Assembly: GCA_977016875.1 (NCBI GenBank)
Contig: CDRNST010000060.1
Span: 4,402,001 to 4,466,000 of the forward strand
DNA: 64,000 nucleotides
Direction: 5' to 3'
Source: Pavona decussata
Lineage: Eukaryota
Shown here: positions 10,265-24,447 of the stretch, in pieces
Numbering within the stretch: position 1 is the stretch's first letter
How the letters are laid out: every line of letters begins with the position of its first letter
Notes under the pieces: model-generated
What the model was told of the DNA's origin: nothing
What the model saw: the letters and a program-made list of their open reading frames with translations, nothing else
Database searches by the model: none
Translations under genes and position numbers: made by a program

Positions 10265-13200
10265 TTATGATAGCCTGATAAACACGTGCGGTGGATATGC
10301 CATATCAGTAGTAAAAGTAAATGGCCTTCGTTTCGTGTGATCGAGGCACACGTAGCACGAGTTCTTTCCTCCAGACCAGTACTCAATGGCAGTACAATCC
10401 GCACAGAGGTGTTTGCATTCCTGTGAAGTAGTGCCTCTTGAGATCAATTGCCGATTGCTGTGACCACACCATTGGGGTGTGTAGTGCAACCATACTAAAA
10501 AAAGAAAATAAACGTATTCAAAAAAATTGGCTGAGATAACTAAATATTATCACTAACTCACGCACGGAGTTTTGCTCGTACGCTATTGAAATGCCTTTAG
10601 TGTCAGTTTAACGGCAATTTTATGGGTATATCAACGAGAAACCACTTTCATTGTCCATTTTGTCCAAAAGTGTCGGTCTGATGAAACAAGTGAATTCTTT
10701 TTGTATTCTTGCCTGTCTAGTGGGCGTTACCAGGGAGGGAAGGGTGAGGATATTCACTCTGTTGAAACAACTGAAATTGTAATGCCGTAATTTCCAGAAA
10801 CAGACCCCCGCATCGTAGTAACACCCGTCCAAAAAAAGAGGAATAAACCAGTCTTACAAGAAATATTAAGACATACGTGTCACTTATAAACTGGTTTGAC
10901 TGTAACAAAAATAAAGTAAAAAAACAAACAAACAAACAAGCAAGCAACTACAACAACAACAACAAAAAGATAAAAAGAGGGAAAGAAAACTAGTGAGAAT
11001 GAGGCATACAGTACTGTAATTGGTCAAAAGTGGATTGTATACCAGACTTGATCACAAACGATGCCATCTTAACGGGAAACCTATTTGTAATGAGTAGACT
11101 GAAATCCCAACACAGTCCCCCCCCCCCCAGTCCCCCCCCCCCCCCCTCAATTTGAACACTTTCTTCATTCACAATAAACCCCTCCTCTTGTTTCTCTGTC
11201 ATGACACACTGGTGAGTGATGACCACCACGTCATTATTACGTCACCCCTTTTTTACTCGAGAGCACACCGTAGCAAGTCATGTCGCCTACAGTATCATAC
11301 AATTACCTTCTTTCTTGAGAACTTCAAGAACAGTTGTTGCTTCGATGGAACGATGAAAGTTTTTCGCAACGCATATATAAGACCCAGAATCGTTTTGGGA
11401 AACATTCTTTAAATGCAAAGTTCCATTTGGATAAAGAACATGATTTCGAGGGAGGATTTTACCGGCTCTTTTCCAAACAATCTCTTTTGTACCCTGAGCT
11501 GTACAATTCAGCATCACATTGTTATACTTTTTCGCAACAACTTTCAGGGGAGGGGTAATGATATATTTGAGCCTGTCAGTGACCATTACTATGGCGACGG
11601 CGGAGTCCTGTCCAAGGAGATTCTTAGCTGAGCATGCGTACGTCCCGCTGTCTGCTTTGGTTACATTCCACAAGGTAAGCTTCCCATCGATTGCTGCAGC
11701 TCTTGCTTTTGGCACGTGACTTAATGCTTTTCGCCACGTGATCTTTGGAGTTGGCTGACCAGTAGCTTTGCACTGCAGGCTCACATTTTGACCTTGTTCA
11801 ACAATGAGAGACGAAGGCTCTTGAATGATCACTGCGCCAACTGCAATTAAAATATTGACACCAAGTTAAATTGTCTCTAGGCAGGAGCGCGTCGGTCTGT
11901 TACCCAGAAAAGCCGATATCCCACATCCCTCGTGCTCGTCCGAGTTTTCACGCGCCCTCTTTGATCTAGCAGTTTGTAGGTTTGTCTCATATGTACTTAA
12001 AGTCAAATGGTTTTGTTCGCCACAAATATTTTAGCTGCAGCTCAGCGTGCAGTGTATTCAATCGGAATGCGGAAGGTTGCAGTTTCGATTGGTAATTTTT
12101 GGACATAAATTTGCACGTTAGTCATCATAATCACCATCGTCGTCTTCATCGTCAGCGTCATTAACATCATCATCGTCATCATAACCAATATCGTTATTAT
12201 TATTAGTTGTTATCATTATCGCTAAAGGTGATATAAATGTGTCATAAACAGCCACGCGTATTTGTTATGTAATCAAAGTCGTCACGCTTTTCGTTTTGTT
12301 TGTACAAAGAGAGCACATGACAACAACTTGATTTACTGGTTTTTGTAGGATATCAAATTTAGTGGGTTTATTTAGGGGCGTGTGATTTAACTCGAAAGGG
12401 GTTCTTTCTGTACGATATCAGAGTGGAATAAATCAGAATTTATACGAAAACGATTACGACTACTTCGTGTTTATAACAAAATGAGAGCCTACTAAAAATT
12501 AGATACTAAACTATTTGTAGCACACGCATACATTAGTCGTTGCATTTGGCCCACGCAAGCACCTGATGCTTTTCATTTCTCAAAATCATAGTTGACAACA
12601 GCTGTTCTGCGGAGGGTGGGGGGGGGGGGGGACGGGAATGCGACAGCTACTGATAGGCTATAACTAAATCCACCCAATGTTTCTTTCTGATACACGACAC
12701 GATAGTACCTGTCGTAAAAAGTAGAATATGCACTTTTATTCACCTTGAACAGTTAATGTGGCCGATGATGTCACAATTCCAAAAATATTTTTTGCTACAC
12801 ACGTGTACACTCCATCATCTTGTGACGTCACATCAGTCATCAACAGGCTACCACGTGACTGCACAACTCGTTTGTCTGCGAGGACAGTGGAGTTCTGTTT
12901 CATCCAAGTGACTTGAGGTTCTGGGTTTCCTTTAACGTGGCATTGAAACGAGGCTGCACCGGTTTCGTTTACCACTAAAGACACTGGAGGTGACAAAATA
13001 GAGGGGGCTGAGATCGATTCACCAGGATCGCCCTTCGGTCCTTGAGGGCCCTGGTCACCTTTAGGTCCGGGAGGTCCCTGGTCTCCTTGAGGACCCTTTG
13101 GCCCCTGTGGACCCTGAGGCCCAGGCGGACCATGCTTGCCTGGGGAACCAGGCCTACCTCGTCTTCCCCTGATACTTTTCGGGCAGTATACCGTGCAGGC

Positions 13201-14258
13201 CAGGTTGCTCAGGGCAAGTTGAACTTCTTTCTTGATGTCGTCACGCCTGATGGTTTCATTAGCGTTGGTTTTTCTGTTTATATTTTCCAAATGGCGTTTT
13301 TGACGAATCTGAATTTCTGGAAGTGAAGGAGAGACGTCTCATAAAATTCTGGTATAAGTTCCCTCTGAACAGCAACAACAGAAAAAGGCTGTTAATAAGC
13401 CTAACCCATAAAAAAATTTCTTTGAACGAATTAGCCAAGGGCTTATATTTAATGACTCAAATTATATTTTTGGCTGATTAGATCTTTCACAGATCCTGCG
13501 TATACTTGCAGCATTTTCGTTGTGCGGTTCCTTGCTTATTGTTTGCTTATATTTAAGCATCATACTTTGGTCATTTACCTTCATCTTTAAATGTGAACTA
13601 ACGTGTTTCGACGGACGATTTCAAAACGAGGGGTTTACAAGCTGCCGTTTTACCCCAACCACCTCCCCCTATCGGGCCCCTATCCCATAAGCAAATACAG
13701 GCAACATTTAAACCTAACTGGGTCGGAGCATTACTACGTATGAAAACTTTTGAGCAATGCAGTAACGTTAGGTTTGAAGGGCGATGACTGGCTTTTCTAT
13801 TTGAGTATTTATTCTCAGTCGAATTTGGGCGTTTCTAACTGGTTATAAATGAAACTCTTCATAAAATTTTCAAATAAACAAGAGTCACAACTGGCGGAAC
13901 TGACACATAAACGAAAGGAAAACACGAAATTGAACTGTGAGACCTCTAATATCCCCTTGAGTTCATGACGATCGCGAACACTTTTAAGACTTTTTAAAAT
14001 CAAATTCAAAAACTACTCACCTTTTTCTCCGTCGCCATGTAGTATCTTCAACAAAGAATCCGCAATCGTCTCGTCATGTACAGTGTTTCGTGGCTCGACA
14101 TTTTCTTGTCTTTGTTGATTCAAGGTTTGAAGCATTTGTCGATGAGCGTGAAGTTCGATCTCGACGTGAATCAGTGCCACGAAACAAACAGCAACGGAGA
14201 CAAATATTGATGAAAACATCACCGTGTTGGAGACCGGTCGCGACTTTGATTGCTCCAT
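10265..14258 (-). CDS. Gene B1: type II TM collagen-3xIg protein with 6-Cys PAN/apple-like C-terminal domain (~524 aa, intact)
   Basis: Exons 14258-14021, 13316-12744, 11840-11307, 10494-10265; phase-1 GT-AG introns; RQKR furin site. The last exon reads [32 protein letters not shown].. in frame and is conserved in three paralogs. Confidence 0.82.
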
Positions 14259-15700
14259 AATTAAACCTGTGGAAACCAGGAAGCGATTTCAGTTGAGATC
14301 TTCGCTGTTCACTAGAAACGTGTTTCAGTGAACGACCCTATTCGTTCCTTAACGCTCTGTGAGCTCTCTTCCGCTATTTGGCTTTTTTCCAGATCTCCGA
14401 GGAGGTATTACTCCGATCAATTGCATTATTTTAAGCCCTTCAGAAATTCCTCCAATTCCGGAATTGAAAGACCCAGGTCATGAGTGAGGAAAGTGCGTGA
14501 AGAAAGCCAAATAGATTTTGTCTGAGTTCGCCTTTTTACGACTTTTTTTGCGATGCATGTCTAACAAATGGACCAAATTTAGAAAATCACACTTTTGATA
14601 TCTTTTAAATCAATGAATTTTCGTTTCCAATAAATGTGGTAGTTTAAGCGGGTTTAAACAAATTGTATACTCGGCTGTCTGGGTATTGCAAAATAAGTTG
14701 CCTCATTATAAAAACCCGAGCATCTTCAAATCTCAAAACTTCGCCTCCTTCTCAAAATCGCAAATTCAATTCACAACTAAACTGCGGTAAACGTTTCATT
14801 TTACATGGTAACAGCACAGCGAGATAAACAGGACATTGTTCCTCTTCTCCTATAACATAACAAAACATAAAAAACGGGGGTGAGTGTGGGGCCGTGCCAA
14901 AAAGAAAAAGATAAAAATACAAAACTAAAAAAATTTCAAAACTCAAAATTTCCTGACCCTCTCTCTACAACTTGATCTATATCTCACGGATAAATACAAA
15001 ATCTAATCATAAGTATACAAAATCTGTGTCCATATGTTACACGGCGGAAGGCGATTCGGCTGAAAAGTTCAGTTCTCTAAGATCTAGCTGATGTTTGCCA
15101 AGCCTTCTTCGTGAAGGCTTTGATTCTGTGCCATTTGCAAGCGGTGAGAGTAGATTCCAGATGACGGCACTTTGGTACGCGATAGCTGAGAGCACGAAAG
15201 TAATGGCTAAATTATTCGTATTTGTTAGATTATGTGTGGTTGAGCGATTCTTTGTTATGAATTCCATACATGGTGGTGCTAACTGAGAATTTATCTTAAA
15301 TATAAGGGTGGCTAGTCTAACTTTATATAAATCAGAGAGCTTGGACCAATGGGCTAGCTGGCGGGCAGTGGGCTATACTTCCAACAAGTCAACATTCGCT
15401 TATGAAGTCAGTTTAACGCGAGGAATTTAGGAGCGACGACTGACTGACAAAAAATCTGAAGGAAAATTTGTATTGGAGAGAACGTTTGGAAAGTTCACAT
15501 AAAAGCATGCGCGCACTTGACGTGCGTCACTCAATGTGCATATAAACAATTTAAAAATTATTGGCAACGGGCGGAGGGGAGGTGGGGGGGGGGGGGGGGG
15601 GGTTGACGACGAACGGAGCAGTTTTATTAGCCAGAATATTCTGAATATTTTCGCTTCGCTAAATCCAACATTCCCTATACCCTGTACCAATGGTTCCCAG

Positions 15701-18265
15701 TAACCTCCCCTGTTAGCTGAGCGGGACCTTGATTAGGGATGGGCCTGGTAAATTTGAGTATGCTAATACCTCCTACAATCACTGGTTTGATGGACAGGCT
15801 CTCCTGCACCGCTTCCACATACAAGATGGTCACGTGACTTACAGTAACAGATTCGTGCGAAGCCAGTGTTATGCAGATTCCTTGAAGCACGGAAAGTCAA
15901 ATCATTTGGAATTCGGCACATTTATTCCTCCAGATCCCTGCCAGGACATCTTTGCTCGTTTCTTCTGGCGTTATTTCGGAAAAGAAGTTCCCACAGATAA
16001 CACGAATGTTAATGTGTTCATGATGAAGAATAAAACGTATGCAACCACTGAATCTAGCATCATGTATGAAATCGACCGCAAGACGCTAAACACTTTAAAA
16101 GACGTGGATATTTCAAAAGAGTTTCCAGGTAACCAGACAAAAATGACTTTTAAAATTTGTTTTTCACTTTGCACTTTCTTTTATTTTGCCATACTTTCAA
16201 ACTAAAGAAAGGTGAATTGGTGAAGAAACCACCAGGCCTATGAAAAATTAGGTTTCTTTTCGAGATTCATGATTAGATGTCCTACTACAAATGTGGGTCA
16301 ATCGAGAAGGAAAAGGCGAAAAAAAAAAGGAAAATTAAATATAACTGACTGTTAAAGATCAACAATTGTAAAAGGGAATTCTTTTGGCTTTCTTTTGAAA
16401 GCAGCAAGGATCGAATGAAGAACTAATGACCTAAGAAAATGCAGGAGTGGTGTTATCAGAGCTATGAAATTAGTTATTTAGTAAAAATATACCATCAAAG
16501 TTTAAAGGAAGAGTAGAGACCTTCTTAAAAAAATAACCATATATCAGTAAGGCCTTTCTTTATTAACTCAAACATTGGATGTTCAATGTTTTTTGAGAAC
16601 GAAAATTTTAATAATTACCTGAAGTTGTTGAAGAGTACATTTCCATGGCGATATTTGGAGATTAAGAGATTAATCTTAGTCCAGCTGAATTCTCTTTATT
16701 TCTCTTCAGGAAGTGTCACACTCAACACCGCAACAGCACACCCACACCACACCCCAGATGGCTCAGTGATCAATGTCGCGGTCTCTTATGGTCTGAACTC
16801 CGCTTACAAAATCATCCAAATACCACCCTCCTCGGGGAAGCCAAGCGAAACTCCTCTAGAGGGGGGTAAAGTGCTCCCTTCCATTCATCCTTCGGGTGGC
16901 ATTGGGTATGTCCACAGCTTCGGCCCGACAGAAAATTTTATTGTTATTACCGAGGGCCCCCTCAAAATAGATATCTGGAAAGTTCTTGCTCACAGAATCT
17001 TCGCAACAAGCCCGGAAAATTGGCTCAGTTGGAATAAGAATGAACCAACGAGATTCCACGTCATCGACAGAAAACAAGGCGACAGTGTAGGCGTCTTCAC
17101 CGCGGAGCCATTCCTTGTGTCGGCCACCACATCAACGCCTTTGAAAAAGATGGCAAGATTTACCTTGATGCTTGTTGTTACCATGACGACTCAGTTATAC
17201 GCCAGGCATACCTGAGTAACTTGCGCGCCCCTGTGCAACCAGGCCAGAAGAAGTTTGATCTTTCGGAAGTACGTCGTTATGAGCTTCCGCTTGGAGAACT
17301 GGGCGGTGTGAACGAGGAGAGAGGCCTCCACAAGGGAGGGGTCGGGAGAGATTACACTTTGCTGTACCTGGGGATGGATTTACCGAGAATCAACTACGAG
17401 AAGAACAATGGCAAACCGTACAGGTTTGTGGAAATATTTTTAGAAGAATGTACAAACTTGTTAACAATTTGAGGAACAGACTTAGAAACCAGTGAACTTC
17501 ACACTTACCTCTATACAATGACCACTCTCAGTCAACCCCAAGGCATCAATGCTTATTTAGAGGAACAACAACTTATTTTGCTGAGGGTGACGACGAAGTT
17601 TAATTAGAGTGAAGTAATCAGTAGGCTACGTCCGTCATCGCTTAATGTAAGCTCTAAGAAACCTAACTTGGGCCAAATGACGAGATTTCGCGTCTGATTT
17701 CACTGTAGGCTCTAGAAGCAGAAAGGACGGTGCCTCCTTATACAGAAGTATTTTCGCGAAGGTTATGACTGAGAGATCTTCTTAACGGCTGTTGTAATCT
17801 AAAAAGGAAATTGGGGATAGCCACGCATCTGTCAGAAATAATCAAATCAAGTAACAGTAGTTCTAAAAAGGGATGGAACAATTATAAATGTTTAAAATGC
17901 AATAAGTCAATTGTATGTGTTCATGGCCGGTCCATATCACGTACGTATCTCCTTGTATCTTTGGCAGGTTTGCGTATGGCACGGGGAACTCCGAGCAAAC
18001 ATTACTTGACAAACTGGTCAAGTTGAATGTGGAGACAAAAGAGTTTGTTACATGGGAGGAGTCGGGCGGGTTTGTTTCAGAGCCCGTGTTTGTTAAAGCT
18101 CCTGATGGAAAAGAAGAAGATGACGGTGTTGTGTTGTCGTGCGTCATCAACGTTAATGACCAGACCACCTCTCTGCTGGTACTGGATGCGAAAGAATTCA
18201 AGGAGCTGGGGCGAGCTGTGGTTCAAGGAATTACCCCAGCAAACTTTCATGGCTTTTTCCAGTAG
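15701..18265 (+). pseudogene. Carotenoid cleavage oxygenase (BCO/RPE65 family) copy 1, disabled
   Basis: Exons ~15701-16128, 16710-17423, 17968-18265. Motifs GTLIRDGPG, NHWFDG, EFGT..PDPC, TAHPH, YVHSF, SEPVFV..EDDGVVLS, FHGFF. TAG at 15714-15716 where family consensus has Trp; +2 frameshift at ~17121-17123 in VFHHIN. First coding exon not identified. Confidence 0.85.
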
Positions 18266-20287
18266 CACTTGTCGGGAAATCAGTGTCAGGTTTTCGTCTG
18301 TGGATTTTATCTTCTATGTGTGATTGCGTTTTTATTTTCAATGTTTATCTACCAGCGTGAAAGAAGAAATTATGAAAGGTTTATTGCGTTCGACGTAGAA
18401 AAAACGCATTTTTTATTACGTTTGGAGTCGAGACTGTATGGGACAATCAACTAATCAAATGAATGAATGGATCTTGGGACGCGTATATTGCATCCCCCGC
18501 AGATTTTGCAGGGGCGGATGACATCATCACCAACTTGGCAAAGGAAAGACAGCCTGGGATCGAGACCATCGAACGCACTCCCTGAACTTTGATTATTACT
18601 AGTTTAGTTTTACTGTGATTGTCTTCAACTTGGACCACTTTTTCAAATGATCCTGACTTCCTCGCGCATGCGTTTTCATGTGCTTCCTTCCGTTTCCGGT
18701 TGGATATATACCTGGGGTGTGTTATAATGTTATAATGATGACGTTTTTGCCAGGAAGCCTATCTCACTCAGTAAGTGATCTTCAAAGAGATTCTAGGTAA
18801 AAACGTAATACTGAAATAAATAAAAGATAAAAATAAGAGCAAATAAATTATAAAAACAGGGTAATAATTAAAGTGAATTGGGATTAATAATTGTCAAAGG
18901 TAACTTCACGTTTTAATTTTTTTTTAAGAATTGATGTCTCAGTCCAGCGAACTCCATTTCTTTTTAAACAACAACAACATGTAACAACAACAAATTTTAA
19001 TTTTATACCACACTGGAATACAGAACAAATAAATGTAAAAACTACTTATGCAAGGTATAATGCCACCTAGAAAATAACTAACAAGCTAATCTAGCCAGGA
19101 GGCATAACAATAACTATGTATAAATGTCAAAAGTAGTCGTAACAGGGAGGCACAAGGATAAAAAATAAAACTCAAGCACACACAAAAAGACTTGCTGAGT
19201 AAAATGTTTGAGATAAAAAGGAGGAAATGTTGAAAGATTTGACAATACAACTTTCGATTCTGTTACTTTGACAAAACATCTTTCGTAAAGCGGAATGCGT
19301 CGTTTTTTTCTTCACCTTTCTCCCGGGTATATTTCTTAGCCTCCCCATTTGAGCTCGTGCCCATTCCCCTCCTGCATAATCGGTATGAAGACTATACAAT
19401 GATTATAATGATAGCTTGGAAAGGTTTTTTTTACATCTTATCTTAAAGTTTGTTCTATCTTGACTTGAACCGGATAAAAAAAAAAAATCCAAAATAGACC
19501 GCTTCATGGACATAGTCACTACATTGACGTAATTATATCAGTTATCTTGACTATGAGTCTGACATTTCTCTTACAGCAGTGCAACTTTCCCTTCAATATC
19601 TTTATGACGATTTTATGTCACGGCTTGCTGATCGTGCGCCGGTGACAGCGTATAAAGCTCTTTGCACTCTTCACATTCCATGAATCGCCGTTTTGGTGCC
19701 CGCAAATTTTTGAAGGTCACACAACTTCACCCGGCGAAGGCCTCGGCGATAGTGTACAATAAAGAACCCGTATTGAACCATCGACATGTCATCTGGCTCA
19801 GTCAATTCTTTTTCTGCGAAATCTCTGTTATAAAGATAGCCTTGGAGTTGTCAGACTTCTCTCTTTGGATAAATGTATTGAAATCCTTAGAAATGGCTAA
19901 ACCACGGGACTCATCTGTTTTTTTCGAAAGAACAGATTGCTTCTGAAATAAATTAAATTTCTCCCAATTAGTGCTAAATTTAGAACAGTTTTCAGTCGAC
20001 ATAAGTTCTGATATTTGACGAATTGGCTGCTCAAGTAAAAAACCGTTTGTTTCGTCAGCAGGCTCAGAAAACTCTTAAAAGTCCAAAACATGAACAACGG
20101 ACGGTAATTTATTTGCTATTTAATAGTCCATTAACATAGTAGTAGTATTAGTCTTACTGGTTTTTAGGCTGTAGCATCTGCTATTGTATCTAGGGTTAGG
20201 TTCATTGTTTGAATTGCCTGTTCAGTAGTGATCTCTTGAAGGTTATCGAATCAGTGGTGTAAGATCTTACGAGATCTCCTGCACCAG

Positions 20288-23200
20288 CTACGCCAAACCA
20301 TAACATTTGAGCTTTCCTAATGTATGGTAACCTTCTTCGCTTGGGTGATCTAAATCTGCCAATCTGATTTGCGTCACAGGCAGAGCAGACTTGTCTGTCA
20401 GCAGACCGCTGTCTGATCTCCAACCACCGCCACTGTTATAACAGTTACACTTCTGACCATTGGAACAAGAGTTTGTTACTCCGCATGCGCACATATTACT
20501 AGATCCAGCAACACCTCCCCAGTAGTTCATTTTTCTTCCATCACGTGACACCCACCAAGCAACCGTCTCTTCAACAAAGGCTACGGCGTCATGGCACTCA
20601 AACTTGATAAACTGTTCACAGTTCTGTGACACTCGAGTGAGTGCTGCTATCTGAGCGGTGCTGACTCCAGTGTATCTCACGTCTTTACGGTAACATCCTG
20701 GATTAATTAAGTCACATCCAGAAATGTCAGCAACATGGGTTCTACTCTCACTGTCGTGACTGATGACCGTCACGCCAACTCCACCTTTGTCACTCATGTC
20801 ACAATACACACGGAAGGGAGTCACGCCTCCTTTGCCGTCAGGGTCAATCATATAATTACCTGAAGAGCTTCCACTGTTGGCTGATTTTATGCTGCTTCAG
20901 GACACAGAGAATACTTCAACGACAGTAGTTGCCTTAATTGTTCGCCGATAATTCTTTGCCTCACACGTGTAAGACCCAGCGTCACTTTTGGTCACTTTGC
21001 TGAGAAACAAAGTTCCGTTTGGATAAACAACATGATTTTGTGAAAGAGTTTTGCCGACTCTTTTCCAGACAGTCACAAGTGAGCCCTGTGCTTCACAATT
21101 CAGCATCGGATTACTCAACTCTGGTACAGCATCTTTCAAGGGAGGGGTGAGTGTAAATTTGAGCCTGTCAATCACCGTCAATAGTGCTACTGCGGAGTCC
21201 TGTCCAAGAAGATTCTAAGCTGAGCATGCGTAAGCCCCGCCATCTGCCTTTGTTACATAAAAAATAGTCAAATTCCCTTCAACCACTGTGGTCTTCTCTT
21301 TCGGCACGTGGCCCAGTGCCTTTCGCCACGTGACCTTTGGTTTGGGTTGACCAGTAGCTTTGCACTGCAGGTTCACGTTTTCCCCCTCTTCAACTATAAC
21401 CGACGAAGGCTTTTGAGTTATCTTGGCACCAACTAAAAGTCAACAAAGAAGAATTATGAAGAAAAAGATTGTTTTCGTATCCTCCATATTGAATTGGAAC
21501 TTGCTTGGACATGAGTTTAACTGGAGGAACCTAGACAAAGGGCTTTTCAAATGCACAAGGTTTTTAATATATTCCCCCACAAGAACCTCCATTGTAAAAT
21601 AAATCCAGTTCTATATGGAGAATACTAAATGGCCTATTATCCCTTGATATAAGACTTAAAAAACATTTTCTCGTCGAAAGAAAAATATTGAGAGAGCCAA
21701 ATTGATGAAAGTGAAGCCTTCAACTGACACTTCAAGTAAGTTTATTTAGCTGTCAACCAAAACCATTTGGCCTGGGGGTATTTTACTATGTGCCTTGTAC
21801 TCGTTTTCAGGAAAGTTTAGCCATCACCGGAAGTTGCTGACGAGCTTGACCTTTTAGATCGGAGTTTAATCAAACTACACCGTGAATGTCAAAGGCTATC
21901 ATCTATCAGAGCCCGATCTCATTCCCAGGGCCACCCTCTCTACTGGTCACCAACAGAGAAGACAGAGGTCTTTGCAGACGTCACTGGTGGTTCTAGCCTA
22001 CACGTAGCCGTACCCATCCTCTGAAGGGAAAGCATGGGGTGAGTACCGCGCTTAGGTTATCGTGGGGTGGCTCAGGCCTGATGTTTCCCTAAACCTTAGC
22101 AGGCTCAACCCCAGTCAACACCCACGTGCAAATCTAAGATAAAATCTCTCCAAACGAAAAGACGCACAGGATAACAAAATTCACTGAGTAGGCCGTAAAA
22201 TTCCCTCCACACAAAAAGCCTTAACAAATCAGCTTCTTTAAATTATTAGTTAAGATCTGTTAAATTAATCTATTTACCTTGAACAGTTAATGTGGCTGTC
22301 GATGCCTTTTTCCCAAGGATATTTTTTACAAGGCAAGTGTACATTCCACCATCTTTTGACGTCACGTCTGTAATCATCAGGCCACCGCTTGATTGTACAA
22401 AACGTTTGTCCGCGAGGAGACTGGAATTCTGTTTCAGCCATGTGACCTGAGGTTTTGGGTTTCCTTTAACCTCGCACTGAAATGAGGCTGTACCAGTCTG
22501 GTTTACCACCAAAGACATTGGAGGTGACACAATAGAAGGGGCTGAGATGGTTTCACCAGGATCGCCCTTGGATCCTTGAGGGCCCTGATCACCTTTCGGT
22601 CCAGGAGGTCCCTGGTCTCCTTGAGCACCTCTTGGGCCCTGTGGCCCCTGAGGCCCAGGTGGACCATGTTTGCCTGGGGGACCAGGCCTGCCTCGTCTTC
22701 CCCTGATACTTTTCGGGCAGTGGACCTTGCAGGCCTGGCTGTTCAGAACAAGTTGAACTTCCTTCTTGATAGCTTCTCGAAAGATGTTTTCACTGCCGTT
22801 TGTTTCCTTGTTGTCATTCCCCAGCTGGCGTTTGTGACGAATCTGGATATCTGTGAATGAGAAAAGCAGTTATTTATATATCAAGGCATGACAGGCTGGT
22901 TTTTTAGCCTGGGGCTGAGACGCTAAAAGGAAATTAGCACAAACTACAATATGGTTGATTGAACCAGTAAAAACATTGGGGCATTTTGTTATATTAAAGT
23001 AAAAATAGATGTTTATCGTAATTTCTGCACTGCTATGCTTTCTTAAAATTGAAACTGAGGAGCCCTTATAATCCCAGTTACGACACGGGTTTAAATAGCA
23101 GTTCACAAGCAAGTATATTCGGCTCGCAAACAGCTGAAACCTTCCTCTGTAGCATTTAAGGAAACGTTTGAATTTGTGGGTACAAGCTAAGATCTTCTTT

Positions 23201-23979
23201 AAACCAAAGAGTGTTCCTTGAAGTTTTCACGATAAGCGCAGAAAAACGCTGATCTGGCTGGATGAATCGAACGCAAGAAAAAAATAAAGGAAAGCGAAAG
23301 GTATTTCTACGGGGGTCCACTAAGCGGCATGCACGTGCCGTGAGAGCCGTTTATTTTGGTTTGTATTTTTAGCAGTTAATGATGGGATATACCGCGACTT
23401 ATGGAAGAAATTATTTGCCCTCAAGAGTCAAGTTTGTAATTGCATAAAAGCAATTACGATATTAAATGGCAGTAGCAAGACACCGATCACAGAAACATTA
23501 TCGGCAATCGCTCTGTAAGTGTGGCGTTATTTCATTTGTTATTTTGAGTATTATCGGGTTCAGCCAGAGTCTTGCAACTGCGCACTAAGCATTTTTTGAC
23601 AACTTGGTTTACAATCGTGAAAAGGGTACTGAAACGTACGCCACGAAAAACAGCCCGATCAGATGATAGTGATCAGCCCCCTTCAATCCTCCCTTTCAAG
23701 CGAAATATTGATCTTCTAAACTGCAACTGAATACTCACTATTTTCCGAGTCACCTCGCAAGAACCGCTTCAACAAAGAATCCGCAATCGTCTCTTTATGT
23801 ATAGTGTTTCGTGGTTCGACATTTTCTTGTCTTTGTTGATTCAAGGCTTGAAGCATTTTCCGATGAGCGTGAAGTTCGATCTCGACGTGAATCAGTGCCA
23901 CGAAACAAACAGCAACGGAGAAAAATATTGATGAGAACATCACCGTGTTGGAGACCGGGCGCAACTTTGATTTCTCCAT
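20288..23979 (-). pseudogene. Gene A2: collagen-Ig-fibrinogen-like paralog with two nonsense mutations
   Basis: Exons 23979-23739, 22850-22278, 21432-20288. AAG>TAG at 21215-21217 (Ig2) and TGC>TGA at 20897-20899 (first Cys of the head) relative to paralogs. Confidence 0.85.
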
Positions 23980-24447
23980 AATACAATCTTAAGACTGTAA
24001 AAACCAGGGAAGGCTTCCAGTTGAGATCTTCACTGTTCGGTAAAAGCTGTGTTCAGCTGTTTGTCCGGTGGACGTCTCTTGTCAGTCCAGCTTCTTGGTC
24101 CTCTTATTTGACCTTTCTTCCACTATTCAATAGTGGCAGTTTTCCAAATCTCCGAGGAGGTATTTTCCCCATAAGTCGCCTTATTTTTAACCATACAGGA
24201 ACTCCATCAATTCCGGGAATAAAGACATAGGACATGTCTACAATAAACTGGCTATGTGGAGTATATAATTTTTTTTCGCAACTTAATTTCTTATTTTTCA
24301 AACCTAATAAATGGAACTTAAACGAAAGAGAACAACTTTAATTGGAGGCACTTCCAAAGAACGTTTTCAAGAATGGAACAACAACCTACTGGATAATACA
24401 TGGCAAGACGCATGCGCGCATGATTAGCGTCTAAGCCCATTGGTAGA

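Noticed and set aside
9707-10340. Conserved small ORFs (MSGQVL.., MLNPKMV..) seen in several units
   Set aside because: Lengths and frames differ between copies through indels; duplicated non-coding DNA.
11287-11306. C-terminal CaaX motif (GNCMIL*) in type-B ORFs
   Set aside because: It arises from reading through the GT donor at 11306, and the C-terminus would be extracellular.
15037-15286. Candidate first exon of the carotenoid oxygenase
   Set aside because: No convincing similarity to BCO N-termini, and the frame is not preserved in the copy at ~39090-39280.
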